DNA of 64,000 nucleotides from a virus (Duplodnaviria; Caudoviricetes): IMG/VR virus record IMGVR_UViG_2588253764_000003; one strand, 5' to 3'. Shown piece by piece: positions 10,788 to 22,183 of this stretch (position 1 is its first letter; each line of letters starts with the position of its first letter). The notes under the pieces were generated by a model. It saw only the letters and a program-made list of their open reading frames with translations, ran no database searches and was not told where the DNA came from. The position numbers and the translations under genes were made by a program.

Positions 10788-12187
10788 GCGTAATTATTTT
10801 ATATGAATCCACTCAAGAATCCACACTTTTATACGTGTTTAAATTGACCATTTTTTATAGAAGATTGCCATGTATGAATAGACCATAAAAAGCAAATCAT
10901 GGTGCAAATATTATAACGCATGTAAACATTCAAATGAAATGAAAAGCAGATATCATTCATAACAGTTTATAAATTTTATGATACGTTTTTAATCACAGCA
11001 CAAATCACATTGTTTAAAATTTAGTTGTTTGGAATTATCGATAACATACGTTTAAAGATCACATCTTGTTTTAAAGATTGGATTGTTAATCGCATAAAAT
11101 AACAAATTAACGTTCGCCAAAATTGGCGAGCGCAAAATAGAGAGCTGTCATAACAGCATCATCATAACAGCGAACATTTTAAAGATTGCATAAAAAGATT
11201 TAAAGATAAGATGGATTTTATAACCACGGTATTTTTTTACTGGGGGAGGAAATCAAGGTAATGAAATTCAAAACGTCCTGTCTTATGAAATTGAAAGCCT
11301 TTATGATATAGGCAAGCAAGCGAATAGCAAAATCGTTATAAAGTTTGAAACGCTTTCTTTTAAGACTGGTCAATGCAAATTTGGATTGAGTGATTTTAGT
11401 CTCCTCAAATTTGAGGGCACCTATTGAGATAAAGATAAGCAAACAAATTTCAAAATCGTTATAACATCATAAGGTACGGAATTTTTCTAAATTTTTAGAC
11501 AAAACGCCATTGTTTAAAGAATGCTCTATTCTAAAGATAACGAGCTTGAATTTGAGCTGGTTGATTTTTCCAACTCAAAATTGAGCCAGCTTATTTGTAA
11601 AAAGTTACATTTAAAGAAAAGTAAAAATACGCTTATGAGAACCTCTCTAAATGAATGCTTAAACGTTTGAAAAGTAAAATAAGATTTTTATAAGAAACGT
11701 TTGAAACGGATGTTTATAACAGTTTTTAAAGCCTTGCGTTTGATAAAAGCGGTTGTTTATTGTCTTATGAGAAATTGTTTTGAAAACTAATGCTCGTAAA
11801 TGTAAAAAACGGATTTTGTTAAAGCTACCAAGTATTTTGATTTGTTTGATAGGCTTTGACTTTAGACAATGCGTTATTTCAATTTACTCAACTCAATTTT
11901 AAAGTCAGTATATTGAAACGTTTTAAAAGAAGCATTTTGATCATGTGCTTTATTTCAAATGACCACCTCACAAATGAGGGCGTTATGATTGATATATTTA
12001 ATAGCAACGAAAAGCGTTTATAGGCTTTCTCATTCAAAAGAGTGATTAAAGATCATACGCATCATTTACATTTCTTTTGATAAGTTTTCATATCTCTAAT
12101 AGAGCGCTTGTAATATAATACGTTTTGTATATATGTGTCATCACTCCATTGTGGATGATTAATTTTAATCATTAGAATCACATTTGA

Positions 12188-12220
12188 AAGCCGCGTCATA
12201 TCACTGACACGGCTTTTTTT
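12188..12220. terminator. Putative intrinsic terminator after the hexapeptide-repeat array
   Basis: AAAGCCGCG...CACGGCTTT hairpin with A/T tails. Equivalent hairpins at about 51896-51927 and 56173-56208. Confidence 0.55.
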
Positions 12221-12279
12221 AATTCTCTCTTTTATGATGGGTTTATAACCATAAAGAAGGCGCCCCCCATGCCTGTTTT

Positions 12280-13059
12280 TTATTCTGTTTTATCAGTTAT
12301 ATTGACCACATTATCGCTTTCATAAACTTCACAATTTTTGGGAACTAATCTTACTTTGCTTCTTTTATCGAGCTTTGCATTGCCATAAGCACGCCCCCAG
12401 ATCGTTGCATAATATGAGATTTTTGCATTGCCATAGACAGATCCATAAACCTCACAAGAGCCACCCGCGTGCGCATTGCCATAAACCTTGCCATAAATCT
12501 TTGCACGGCCATTAATCACAGCATAATTATAAATTTTCGCATGGCTATAAATGCAAGCAGAGCCAGAAACCTTGGCATGACCATAGACGCGTGCATAACT
12601 AAAAACCGTAGCATCATAAGAAACATGGGCATGGTCATAAATATGAGCATCAGCAAGCACGCGGGCAGCACCACTCACATGAGCATTGCCATAAACATAG
12701 CCATACACATGAGCACTCCCATAAACACAAGCCTGATCATAAATCTTTGCATATTGAGAGATAAAAGCCCTGCCATAGACCTCAGCATTATCACAGACTT
12801 GACCACAGACTTGAGAATAATGCCGTATTTTTGCATTATCACAAACGCGGGCATGACCATAGACGCAAGCATCATCATAGACCCAGCAGTTGCCATCATG
12901 GGAAAGGTTGACTTCCTTTTCGATAAAACCGCCTAAATCCCCCGCCTTTATATCATCAAAATCTTTTAAAGCCCGAATGCGATAAAGGCTTGTGATATTT
13001 CGAGTAAGAGCATGTTTGATTTTTTTTATTTCACTGGTTAATTCGTATTTTTTACACAT
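12280..13059 (-). CDS. Phage-type hexapeptide-repeat (left-handed beta-helix-like) protein, 259 aa
   Basis: Conserved N-domain KKYELT...YRIRAL.DF.D.K.G.LGGFIE.E.NLSHDGNCWVYD, followed by VYGNA-type repeats. Confidence 0.85.
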   Translation of the reverse strand: MCKKYELTSEIKKIKHALTRNITSLYRIRALKDFDDIKAGDLGGFIEKEVNLSHDGNCWVYDDACVYGHARVCDNAKIRHYSQVCGQVCDNAEVYGRAFISQYAKIYDQACVYGSAHVYGYVYGNAHVSGAARVLADAHIYDHAHVSYDATVFSYARVYGHAKVSGSACIYSHAKIYNYAVINGRAKIYGKVYGNAHAGGSCEVYGSVYGNAKISYYATIWGRAYGNAKLDKRSKVRLVPKNCEVYESDNVVNITDKTE

Positions 13060-13175
13060 AGAGATACCCTCACATAATAGATATGTGTTAAACGTTTTCT
13101 AAAATTTGAAATGGAAAATTGGATTGGAAAGCAGGCGCCCCCACCGCGCCCGCATTTTATTTACGTTACATTAGG

Positions 13176-13754
13176 TTAGACCCATACAATTTCTAATGAA
13201 CCATAAGGAGAGAGACGCTCAGTATAGGTTTTAATTTTAGTAGACCCGCCGACATTTTCACGAATAACAGCAATGCCATGGATATGAGCATTTTCAAAAA
13301 TATGCACGTCATTTGCTATACGAGCGTTTTCATAAACCCTAGCATTGTCATAAACATAGGCATTATCGTAAATAATAGCCTTGCCATACACATGAGCATT
13401 GCCATAGACACGGGAATTATCAGAAACAACAGCATTGCCATAAACATGCGCATTATCATAAATATAGCCAGCAGCGATAGCATTATCATAAACGCGGGCA
13501 TGACCATAGATATGACCACAAGCGACAGCCTTGCCAAAAACCCTTGCGTTTTCATAAACGTGACCATTTTTAAACACAAGAGCATCATCATAAACCCAGC
13601 AATTGCCATCATGGGAAAGGTTATCTTCCTTTTCAATAAAGCCGCCCAAGGCACCAGCTTTAACATCAGAAAAGTCTTTTAATGCTTGGATACGATAAAG
13701 GGTATGATTACCAAATACACGCGTTTCATTTGTGAGTGCAAACTTTTTTTGCAT
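13176..13754 (-). CDS. Phage-type hexapeptide-repeat protein, 192 aa
   Basis: Same N-domain and repeats. Near-identical copies at 50368 and 57163. Confidence 0.85.
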   Translation of the reverse strand: MQKKFALTNETRVFGNHTLYRIQALKDFSDVKAGALGGFIEKEDNLSHDGNCWVYDDALVFKNGHVYENARVFGKAVACGHIYGHARVYDNAIAAGYIYDNAHVYGNAVVSDNSRVYGNAHVYGKAIIYDNAYVYDNARVYENARIANDVHIFENAHIHGIAVIRENVGGSTKIKTYTERLSPYGSLEIVWV

Positions 13755-13836
13755 AACACTATTCCTTTATAAAGAAGATTAAATTTTAGAATGAGATTTT
13801 TTAAAGAGGGGCGCCCCCGCCGCGCCCGCGCATTAT

Positions 13837-14478
13837 TTACGCAGCGTCTTTTATAGACTGGTCATTATAGACAATTTCTTTACTACAGACTTCAATATTA
13901 TTGCGAACCCAAGTGTCACCTTTGATAACCGCATTGCGAAAAATCTTTACATTTGGAAAAATACAAGCATATCCGGAAATTTTCGCATTATCATAAATTT
14001 TTGTATCATTAAAAACACAAGCGTAATAATGAACATGAGCATTACCAAAAATATGAGCATCCGGATAAATACGTGCAAAGCCATACACATGAGCATTGCC
14101 ATAAATATGGCCAGCCACAACCGCCTTGCCATAAACCCTTGCATTTTCATAAATACAAGCCATATTATTCACATGGGCATACCCACTTACAACGGCATTA
14201 TCGTAAACCCTTGCATTGCTATAAACCTTGGCTTTACCGCCGACCCAGCAATTGCCATCATGGGATAAATTACTTTCACCTTGTATAAACCCGCCTAACT
14301 CACCTTTTTTGACGTCTCCAAAATCTCTTAAAGCGCGAATTCTATGAAGTGTTTTAAAGCCCACCTCTATTGTCTCACCTGTAAATTCGTATTTTTTTGC
14401 AGGCTGTTGTTTATTAACAGATGCAGTTTCATTTGAAATGTTAGAGAGAATGGGGGTGTTTTTTGAGATATTTGTCAT
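13837..14478 (-). CDS. Phage-type hexapeptide-repeat protein, 213 aa (first gene of the array)
   Basis: Same N-domain and repeats. The start resembles the 219-aa paralogue and the end (DQSIKDAA) resembles the 257-aa paralogue. Confidence 0.85.
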   Translation of the reverse strand: MTNISKNTPILSNISNETASVNKQQPAKKYEFTGETIEVGFKTLHRIRALRDFGDVKKGELGGFIQGESNLSHDGNCWVGGKAKVYSNARVYDNAVVSGYAHVNNMACIYENARVYGKAVVAGHIYGNAHVYGFARIYPDAHIFGNAHVHYYACVFNDTKIYDNAKISGYACIFPNVKIFRNAVIKGDTWVRNNIEVCSKEIVYNDQSIKDAA

Positions 14479-14528
14479 ATTTAAAACCTAACTGTAAAAA
14501 AGTTTTCAATTGACAACCCTATAAGGGC

Positions 14529-14608
14529 GCCGGGTGTTGAAAACACGGCAGTTAGTCCGTTGCTACGCTTTTCCCATAAGGGTATTGTATGGCATAGCTA
14601 CACCCGAC
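14529..14608 (-). ncRNA. C4/CI-like antisense RNA (El2 allele)
   Basis: Stems GTCGGGTGT/ACACCCGGC, GCTATGC/GCGTAGC and ACGG/CCGT. Segments CTAACTG and GTTTTCA are complementary to target boxes upstream (14686-14704) and downstream (14488-14508). Confidence 0.75.
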
Positions 14609-14717
14609 ATGATCACCATATATGCTAACTAGAGCATAAAAGATAGTCAGTTTTTAATAGGATTAGGTTTATCGTAACCTAGTCGCTAACTGTAAGTGTT
14701 TTCATCACTTGAGTATT

Positions 14718-14746
14718 TATATAACAAAATACGTATTTATTGTCAA
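14718..14746 (-). promoter_or_regulatory. Sigma70-type promoter for the C4-like RNA/array operon
   Basis: TTGACA-N17-TATATA on the minus strand, conserved in El3 and El4. Confidence 0.65.
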
Positions 14747-15256
14747 ATAATATTTTATCTTTTTTGATATTTTTTGTATTTTTTTAAATACGTTATGTAT
14801 TGACAATATTATATGCTTATGAATTGCTTCTTTTATATTTATGCGCTTTTAAAGCTATATTATTGGCTTTCTTAAACGATTGCGTTATTTTTTGAATCTA
14901 TACATTTATAATATTTTAAAAAGCTCTCATAATGCGTATTTTTATCTTTATAACCTATAAAGTTTTTTACTAAATGAATTTAAGATTTTTTGTGAATTTT
15001 GTTTATAACGCATTTATCATTTGAACTATCTTAATAAGCGCCGCGCTCTTATAACCAACGCATTCATTATGATTATAAAACCTTGCTGTTTTTACACCTT
15101 CTCTATAGCTGTTATGTTCTTTATAGCCATGGCATCATTTTTCATTTTCATAAAAGAAACGATAAATAGGATAATTACGATTTATAGACTGTTATGAAAA
15201 CATCTAAAGAGAGATTGATAATTATAGAGATCAGAAAAATACCTTTTAATAGACCG

Positions 15257-15457
15257 TGTCAGTGTTGTCAGTTTTGTCAGTTCCTTTTAGACACTCTATT
15301 ATTTTTTTTAAATGCGTAAAAACTAAAAACATTATATTTCAATAGGTTAATTTCTTTTAAACATAACGCATATCAAGAGTACAATCTTTAAAGATAACCA
15401 ATGATATGAATTGATTAAAACCTGTCAGTTATGTGTCAGTAAATTGAACTGACAAAA
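15257..15457. repeat. TGTCAG-iteron module, inverted partner of 21447-21643
   Basis: Multiple TGTCAG/CTGACA repeats around an AT-rich core. About 200-bp imperfect inverted repeat flanking the RM gene. Confidence 0.6.
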
Positions 15458-15682
15458 GTGATCATTTTAGTAAGTCATTAAAACGTGTCTTATGAAAAGC
15501 ATAGGAAATTAAAAACTGATTACGTTATAAAAATCCCTTTTATGAATTTTATCAGTTCTTTTGAATGATAACCTTATGATTTAGAGAATGATTACAACGT
15601 GCTTTATAAAAAGCATGTGATCCTTTAAAGCCTTTCAAAAGATGGTTTATAACTCATAAGAAATGTTATCAAGATCATTAGG

Positions 15683-15876
15683 TTATGAGTTTTGGGGGTG
15701 TTTTTTATACGTATTATTTTATTTTTTTAATTAGAAATAAAAGTTATTATATTTCAATATGTTAATGTTTTAAAGAAACAACCTATATTAAACACAATCC
15801 GTAAATACAATCTGTAATATATAAAAAAAGGGGTTTTGTAGGGGTTTTGGGGGTTTTAAGAACCGACAAAACCTAT
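15683..15876. repeat. GGGGTTTT-type iteron module (El1-type)
   Basis: Near-identical inverted match to 3364-3557. Confidence 0.6.
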
Positions 15877-16201
15877 AAGTAAAATGAATATACATAACTC
15901 TCTTTAAACAAAGCTTTTGAAAAGGATAAAGCTATCATTTTAGATTACGGTATAATCTTTTAAAGGCAATGTAAAAAAATTTAATTCATTTTAAGAGTGG
16001 GTTTCTTAAAAGTCTTAAAGCAATCCAAAGTAGAGTATCTAAAAGTGCAAGTTTCTTCTTTTTAGAATAATGCATATTAGGATTATATGTAAGCAATGTA
16101 TAAAGGGGGTATGGAGTATAAAGGGGTATAGAACCTATAGGTATAAGACCTTATACCCCTTATGCGTTTATCATACTCATTATGTGAGCATGCTTTATAA
16201 G

Positions 16202-19200
16202 TTATTCAGTTTTTCTTAATACCAAATTTGGTAGGTTCTTAACGATTTTCATTGTTTCTAAACTTACGGTAATAACCCTTTGAAACAATTCTAGAGGGTA
16301 GGCGGGGTTGCCAACGGTTTCAACAGCATAGCGATTTGCATCATTGACAATACCACTCTTTTTATCAGTCTTAACACATTGACGCGCCATAACCCATTCA
16401 AGAGCAGGTCTACCATTGACGATATACTCATAAGCTTCGAGAGGGATATCTGTTATGGTAATATTGCTATTATAAATAACAGTTGATTTATCTTTTTCGG
16501 ATTTTCCTTTCTCTTTAGCTGCTTTTGCGAATTTCATTTCAGTTACATAATAGAATTTCTCAGGATTAGAAATTTCTGTAAATTTTGGATTGCCCTTTTT
16601 AAAGGTCACTGGATAAGGTTCTACAGTTTCATAATTCACGTGCAGATGACCCAATTCACGCCCTGCTGTTACAAATTTCCAAAAATCACCAGCACTTTTA
16701 ACACAAGGGATACGAGGCAATTCTTTACATAAATTATCCGCATAACGGGCACGATAATCTTCCGAATGCAAAAGACCGTAAACGTAATAAAAGATGTCTT
16801 CTTTTGTTATAGTCTCATTAGGATAAGCCGATTTAAAATGCGCTACCCCCTCATCAGTAATGGCATCACGAACTTTCTTTTGTGCATCTGTAGTAAATAA
16901 GCTATGGTCGTGAGTTTTTTTATAATTAGAACATAATAGAAGCGGATAGCATCTTGCTGTTTCTAATGTAGCATAGTTAATTGGTTTATTTGTCATGAGA
17001 CATGAAAAATCTGATCGATTTCCTATGCCCGAAACACAAATCCCAAGATTATCAGGCATATCTGGATTAAAAAACTGATGTGTTTGTCCTAACATGTCAT
17101 TAAGAAATGATGATGTATAATGCCACATTGTTACAAACGGACTATAGAGAGCAGGAACTATTAGATGGGGTTCAAAGATTGCATCATCTCCACGTTTTAA
17201 ACGAGAAATAAGAGTATCCGTCCAACTAATTTTGGTAGCATCATAATCAATAATATTTTTTACTGATATAGATGGGTTTTCAGTAACAAGACGTTTTTGT
17301 TCATTAAAAAATTTAATCGTTTTTTGAATAGAGGTACTTAGTGCGTTATTCGAAAAATTACAAACCCAAGAATCACGAGTTGATTTTATACCAAGCGATA
17401 CTTCCTCAAATAACTTAGCATCTATTGGGGTATTCCTATTCCCCATAGGTATGAATTGATCAAAATCAGCAACTCTTTGCTTTATCCAATCACCATGTTT
17501 ATCTGGTGTAATTATTTGCCAACCTTTTTTATTTCGTGTAATGCCATCAATGCTCCTAAATTTTTCAATTATCGTGAGCTTTTCTTCTCTATTGAGATAG
17601 TCTCCAATGTCACGAAAATATATTTTTCCATGCTGCTGTGCATTTGGATTTTTTACGAGAATAGAGATAGCAATAGGGGCACGAGAACCTTCACCAAAAA
17701 TCTTACCACCTTCTTTACGAGAAATTTCTCCAGAGGTTCGTTGATTACCACGCAAATGGAAAATATAAAGGCTGCTAAATTCTTCAACAAGGCACTTACG
17801 TAAACCATCCATAGAACTTCCATTGATAAAGCTTGCATTTGTGACAAAGCCGATTACCCCAGCATTATCAATACGGTCACTAGCCCAACGAATGGCACGA
17901 ATATAACTATCATAAAGTTTGTTCCGATTTATAATTTTTGTTGATTTCAATATATATTTTTCACGGATACGTTCATCTAATATGGGGTAAGATGTATTCG
18001 GATTATTATCATTCTCACTTCTTTGACCAAAAGAATAAGGAGGGTTGCCAAAAATAACTTGGATATTGAGCTTTTTCTGATGCTCCAAATATTCACTGTT
18101 TTCTTTGAACAATTTTTGCAGAAGGTTCTTCTCTTCAAGCATGCGGAAAGTATCGGTCAAACCAATATGCTTGAAAGGAATATATTCACCTTTCATGATA
18201 CTATGATACGTCGATTCTATGTTAATCGCTGCTATGTAATAGGCGAGTAAAACAATCTCATTGGCATGGATATCATGACGGAATTTATATTCCATATCCT
18301 CTGGTTTGATGAGATTGGATTGTAATAGCCTTGTGATAAAGGTACCCGTTCCAGTGAAAGGGTCAAGAATAGACACACCACGTGATCCCAAGCTTTTGCC
18401 AAATTCATTCCGCAACACATCATCAACAGAATGAATGATAAAATCAACAACCTCAACGGGCGTATAAACAATCCCAAGCCTATCCGTGGTTTTCTTAAAT
18501 GCCTTGGAAAAGAAATCCTCGTAGAGTTTGATAATAAGGTTTTGTCTTGCTTGGGGTTCGGTAATCCCAGAGGCGCGGAATTTTACACTGTTATAAAACC
18601 CTTGGAGTTCCAAAGACTCTTGCTTGATATCGGTTTTATCCAACTCAGCTAAAATCCTTTCCATGGCTTGTGAGATGCTATTGTTCTGGACAAATTCATT
18701 GCCCTCAAACAAGGCTTCAAATACCGGACGCGTCACAAGATGTTGTCCTAACATCTCAAGGGCTTCCTCTTGCGTAATACTGTCATTTAAATTGCTCTTT
18801 AATTCCTTATGAAACGCCTCAAAAGCACACCGCGCTTTGCCTTTCTCATCAGAAAGAATATCTTTAAGATGATTGATATGGTTTTGTGCAATCTCAGCAA
18901 CATTGTTCGCCCAAATGCCCCAATAATCAGAAAGGGTCGATCTTTTAATCAGAACGGTTTTAAGTGCATTAGGAAATGCTGCTACAAAATTGAAGTTTGT
19001 TTGTCCATGATGAGTAGAAAGCGCTTTACGGATTGGAGAGACATTGCTTGCGCTTGCATGCTCTGGTTTTGCTTGAAGAGGGATATCATCAACAACCGTG
19101 GTGACATTCTGTATATCAATATTTTGAGAAACCGTTATAATCTCTAAAATAGGGCTGACATCTTGTCCTAAATTCATTTGATTGAGCGTTTTACTAAAAT

Positions 19201-21160
19201 TCTCATCATGAGAAAGCAGCGCATCGAGAACCTGCCAAACAACACTGTATTTCTTATTGTTCTGTAAAGCTTTTTCGGGGTCAATCCCAGCAGGGACCCC
19301 AACGGGTAAAATAATATAGCCTCTTTTTTTGCCCGGAGCGCGCCGCATTACACGTCCGACCGCCTGTATCACATCCACTTGGCTTTTACGCGGGTGTAAA
19401 AACATCACCGCATCAAGAGAAGGAACATCTACACCTTCAGACAGACATCTTACATTGGTGAGAACACGGCAATGATTTTCTCCCATATTTTCTTCAAGCC
19501 AATCCAGTTTTCTTGACCGTTCTTTTGCGCCATCCTTCCCATCAATATGGTCCACTTCACAGATCAGAGGAGGCGTATCGGGGTGGTTTTGATAAAGTCT
19601 GTTGAAAATCCTCTTAACACCTTTTCCTTGAAAGGTATCACGGATCTGTTTAGAGGTCTTGATATCTTTACAAAAAGCCAAGGCACGACGCATGGGAGCC
19701 GTATCATCCCCAAGATCAGTTTTCAGATCCAGTTTGGCTAAAGCTTGATAACAGCCAACAATTTTTGTTCTATAATCAAGAAGAAGTTCATAATCTTTAC
19801 TTGTGGTAGGCATCTCCATGGTTTTACTGATTTTCCCCTCATCAACACCTAAAACAATAATCTTATAAGGGGTTAACAGTTCATTCTTGACCGCATCGGT
19901 GAAACTGTAGGTATAAAGCACTTTTCCATAAAGCGTTTCATTATCCATAGAGGCTAAAACAGCATCAACCTCATCAGCACGCCTTTTGGCATGGTTACTA
20001 AAGATACGAGGCGTTGCTGTCATGTATAGACGTTTCTTGCCTCGAATAAGACTGTTATCATGAACCTTGATAAAATCAGATTCATTGTCCTCTGTTCCTA
20101 ATGAAGCCCCCGTTGTTCTATGCGCCTCATCACAAATAATCAAATCAAAGGCTGCTAAACCATGATCCTTTTGTGCATCAACAATGACTTGTATTGATTG
20201 ATAGGTCGCAAAAATAACACTCATCGCATGGGGAGAAGAGTTGCCTACTTTCTCGACAAGCCTAGAGGCATCGGTTGTCGCAGGGAGGGCTAAATCAGAT
20301 GCCGATATTTCCCCATCATCCTCTTGGTTTTTACGACGCTTGCCGATTTGCTTATCGGAACACACCGCAAAGCAACGCAAGGGCACTTGTGCATCGGCTG
20401 TCCATTCACGAATGCTTTGTGACATCAAGGCAAGAGAAGGGACCAAAAACAATACATGCTTGCCAGTTCCTGCTATGTGTTCAGCTATCTTCAAACTGGT
20501 GAAAGTCTTGCCCGTTCCACATGCCATAATCAGCTTGCCACGGTCTGCTTCTTGTAAACCCTCACAAACCGCTTTGAGCGCTTCTTTCTGATGATCTAAA
20601 AGCTTTTTCTTCTTTTGCTCGTAAAGAACAATGTTGCCCGTCTTATCAAAAATACCCCAATCGATTTGACTATTGTCCATATCAAACAGATTAATCCGAT
20701 AAACCGGAACCGCTTGCCCTTCAATCATGGTATTGGCATTTTCGCTTAAATCTCTTTCTGTACTATCAATGAGCAGACGGTATTTAAATCTCTTTTTACC
20801 AGAAATAGCGATAAAGCTTTCAATATCATCTTGGGTAATCTGATGATTGGTCTCATAAAATTGACAGCGAATAGCAACGTAATCGTCTTGATCACGAATT
20901 TTAGCCACTAAATCAATATCGGTGTCTGTATCGCTTCCTTTCCATCCCTTTTCGTCAGCGACCTCTCTATAAGTTTGAACCTTTTCGTATTCTTGGCATT
21001 GAAGCGGGTCTTGCGTCAAATAGGCAATGACAAACTTTTCAAAAGCAGCCTGCTTTTCTTGCTCTGATATCGCTTGTTCACGATAAGATTGTAAGAGCGC
21101 GCGTAAAGAGACATGTTTGTTATCAGAATAAAGAGGGTGAGACATAAAGAACGACTCCAT
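16202..21160 (-). CDS. Type ISP RM enzyme (El2 allele), distinct target-recognition region, degenerate nuclease motif
   Basis: MACGTGKT, DEAH, ILDPFTGTGTF, GNPPY and an LlaBIII/LlaGI-like C-terminus. The nuclease motif reads IRCQFY instead of IQCKCY. Confidence 0.9.
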   Translation of the reverse strand: MESFFMSHPLYSDNKHVSLRALLQSYREQAISEQEKQAAFEKFVIAYLTQDPLQCQEYEKVQTYREVADEKGWKGSDTDTDIDLVAKIRDQDDYVAIRCQFYETNHQITQDDIESFIAISGKKRFKYRLLIDSTERDLSENANTMIEGQAVPVYRINLFDMDNSQIDWGIFDKTGNIVLYEQKKKKLLDHQKEALKAVCEGLQEADRGKLIMACGTGKTFTSLKIAEHIAGTGKHVLFLVPSLALMSQSIREWTADAQVPLRCFAVCSDKQIGKRRKNQEDDGEISASDLALPATTDASRLVEKVGNSSPHAMSVIFATYQSIQVIVDAQKDHGLAAFDLIICDEAHRTTGASLGTEDNESDFIKVHDNSLIRGKKRLYMTATPRIFSNHAKRRADEVDAVLASMDNETLYGKVLYTYSFTDAVKNELLTPYKIIVLGVDEGKISKTMEMPTTSKDYELLLDYRTKIVGCYQALAKLDLKTDLGDDTAPMRRALAFCKDIKTSKQIRDTFQGKGVKRIFNRLYQNHPDTPPLICEVDHIDGKDGAKERSRKLDWLEENMGENHCRVLTNVRCLSEGVDVPSLDAVMFLHPRKSQVDVIQAVGRVMRRAPGKKRGYIILPVGVPAGIDPEKALQNNKKYSVVWQVLDALLSHDENFSKTLNQMNLGQDVSPILEIITVSQNIDIQNVTTVVDDIPLQAKPEHASASNVSPIRKALSTHHGQTNFNFVAAFPNALKTVLIKRSTLSDYWGIWANNVAEIAQNHINHLKDILSDEKGKARCAFEAFHKELKSNLNDSITQEEALEMLGQHLVTRPVFEALFEGNEFVQNNSISQAMERILAELDKTDIKQESLELQGFYNSVKFRASGITEPQARQNLIIKLYEDFFSKAFKKTTDRLGIVYTPVEVVDFIIHSVDDVLRNEFGKSLGSRGVSILDPFTGTGTFITRLLQSNLIKPEDMEYKFRHDIHANEIVLLAYYIAAINIESTYHSIMKGEYIPFKHIGLTDTFRMLEEKNLLQKLFKENSEYLEHQKKLNIQVIFGNPPYSFGQRSENDNNPNTSYPILDERIREKYILKSTKIINRNKLYDSYIRAIRWASDRIDNAGVIGFVTNASFINGSSMDGLRKCLVEEFSSLYIFHLRGNQRTSGEISRKEGGKIFGEGSRAPIAISILVKNPNAQQHGKIYFRDIGDYLNREEKLTIIEKFRSIDGITRNKKGWQIITPDKHGDWIKQRVADFDQFIPMGNRNTPIDAKLFEEVSLGIKSTRDSWVCNFSNNALSTSIQKTIKFFNEQKRLVTENPSISVKNIIDYDATKISWTDTLISRLKRGDDAIFEPHLIVPALYSPFVTMWHYTSSFLNDMLGQTHQFFNPDMPDNLGICVSGIGNRSDFSCLMTNKPINYATLETARCYPLLLCSNYKKTHDHSLFTTDAQKKVRDAITDEGVAHFKSAYPNETITKEDIFYYVYGLLHSEDYRARYADNLCKELPRIPCVKSAGDFWKFVTAGRELGHLHVNYETVEPYPVTFKKGNPKFTEISNPEKFYYVTEMKFAKAAKEKGKSEKDKSTVIYNSNITITDIPLEAYEYIVNGRPALEWVMARQCVKTDKKSGIVNDANRYAVETVGNPAYPLELFQRVITVSLETMKIVKNLPNLVLRKTE

Positions 21161-21446
21161 GACAATATATTCTAAAGATCGATTCTCTTCAAAAGAATCA
21201 AAATGAAGCTTATTAAATCCATTTTGAGTAAATGGTAAAAAAAATGTAGAAAAATGCGAAAAAACGGATAATTTTTTTCAAAAGGGTTTTTTAAAGGTTT
21301 TTTATCAACAGCCCATGACATGGGACAAGATCAGAAAAGTAGTAAAATTTGCTGTTTATTTTATGGAAAAAAGACAAATGTACTACGTGCTTTAAAATAT
21401 CAGAATGAGTATTTTGAAGTGTTTTACGAGGCACTAAAATAGTCTA

Positions 21447-21643
21447 TTTTGTCAGTTCAATTTACTGACACATAACTGACGAGTTTTAATCAACCCATAT
21501 CATTGGTTATCTTTAAAGATTGTATTCTTGATATGGGGTGTGTTTTAAAGACATTAACCTATTGAAATATAAAGTTTTTAATTTTCACTCATTTGAAAAA
21601 ATAATTATAGGGTCTAAAAGGAACTGATAACACTGGACAAAAC
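21447..21643. repeat. TGTCAG-iteron module upstream of the RM gene
   Basis: Inverted copy of 15257-15457. Confidence 0.6.
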
Positions 21644-22183
21644 TCTTTCTATAAGATCACTCAGATCATTTTTTAAGAGAAAAATTCTTTGATGAAAATG
21701 CCATTAAATATAACTTATTAGAAAATCAAGACTTTGTTTGCTCGCCAAATTTGGCGAGCAAAGGCAGGAAAAAGAGTTTTGCGTAATTGTCTTGAAAGGC
21801 TCTCAAAGAGATTTCTTATTGTTTTATGCTGTTGTTTTTGACGACTGGATGTACTTGATAGTATGATGTCTCGTTTATATGCGTGTTGAGTGGCTTAAAG
21901 GAACTGGAGAGTGAATTTATCTCTAATGATTGATAAGTATATTGTAGCGTTAAACTGGGGATATTGAGGCTTAGACATTGACTTGCCAAACAATTTTGGT
22001 TACGGTTTTTCTAGCGTAAATGTGGGGGAGAGATCTTCAGCAGTTAAAATAAAGCAGGGTTTTGGTGCGGATTGTCTTTGAATACAGAGATGGACCCTGT
22101 TATTAGAAATCTTCATAGGATAATACCCATTTTGAATGGTGTTATCAAAGGTTCGTGAAGTTTTTTTTAACAATGCTTCATGA

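Noticed and set aside
12280-14478. CRISPR array or diversity-generating retroelement suggested by the repetitive TATGGCAATGC-type sequence
   Set aside because: The repeats are coding hexapeptide units. There are no spacers, cas genes, reverse transcriptase or adenine-specific template/variable repeat pair in the window.
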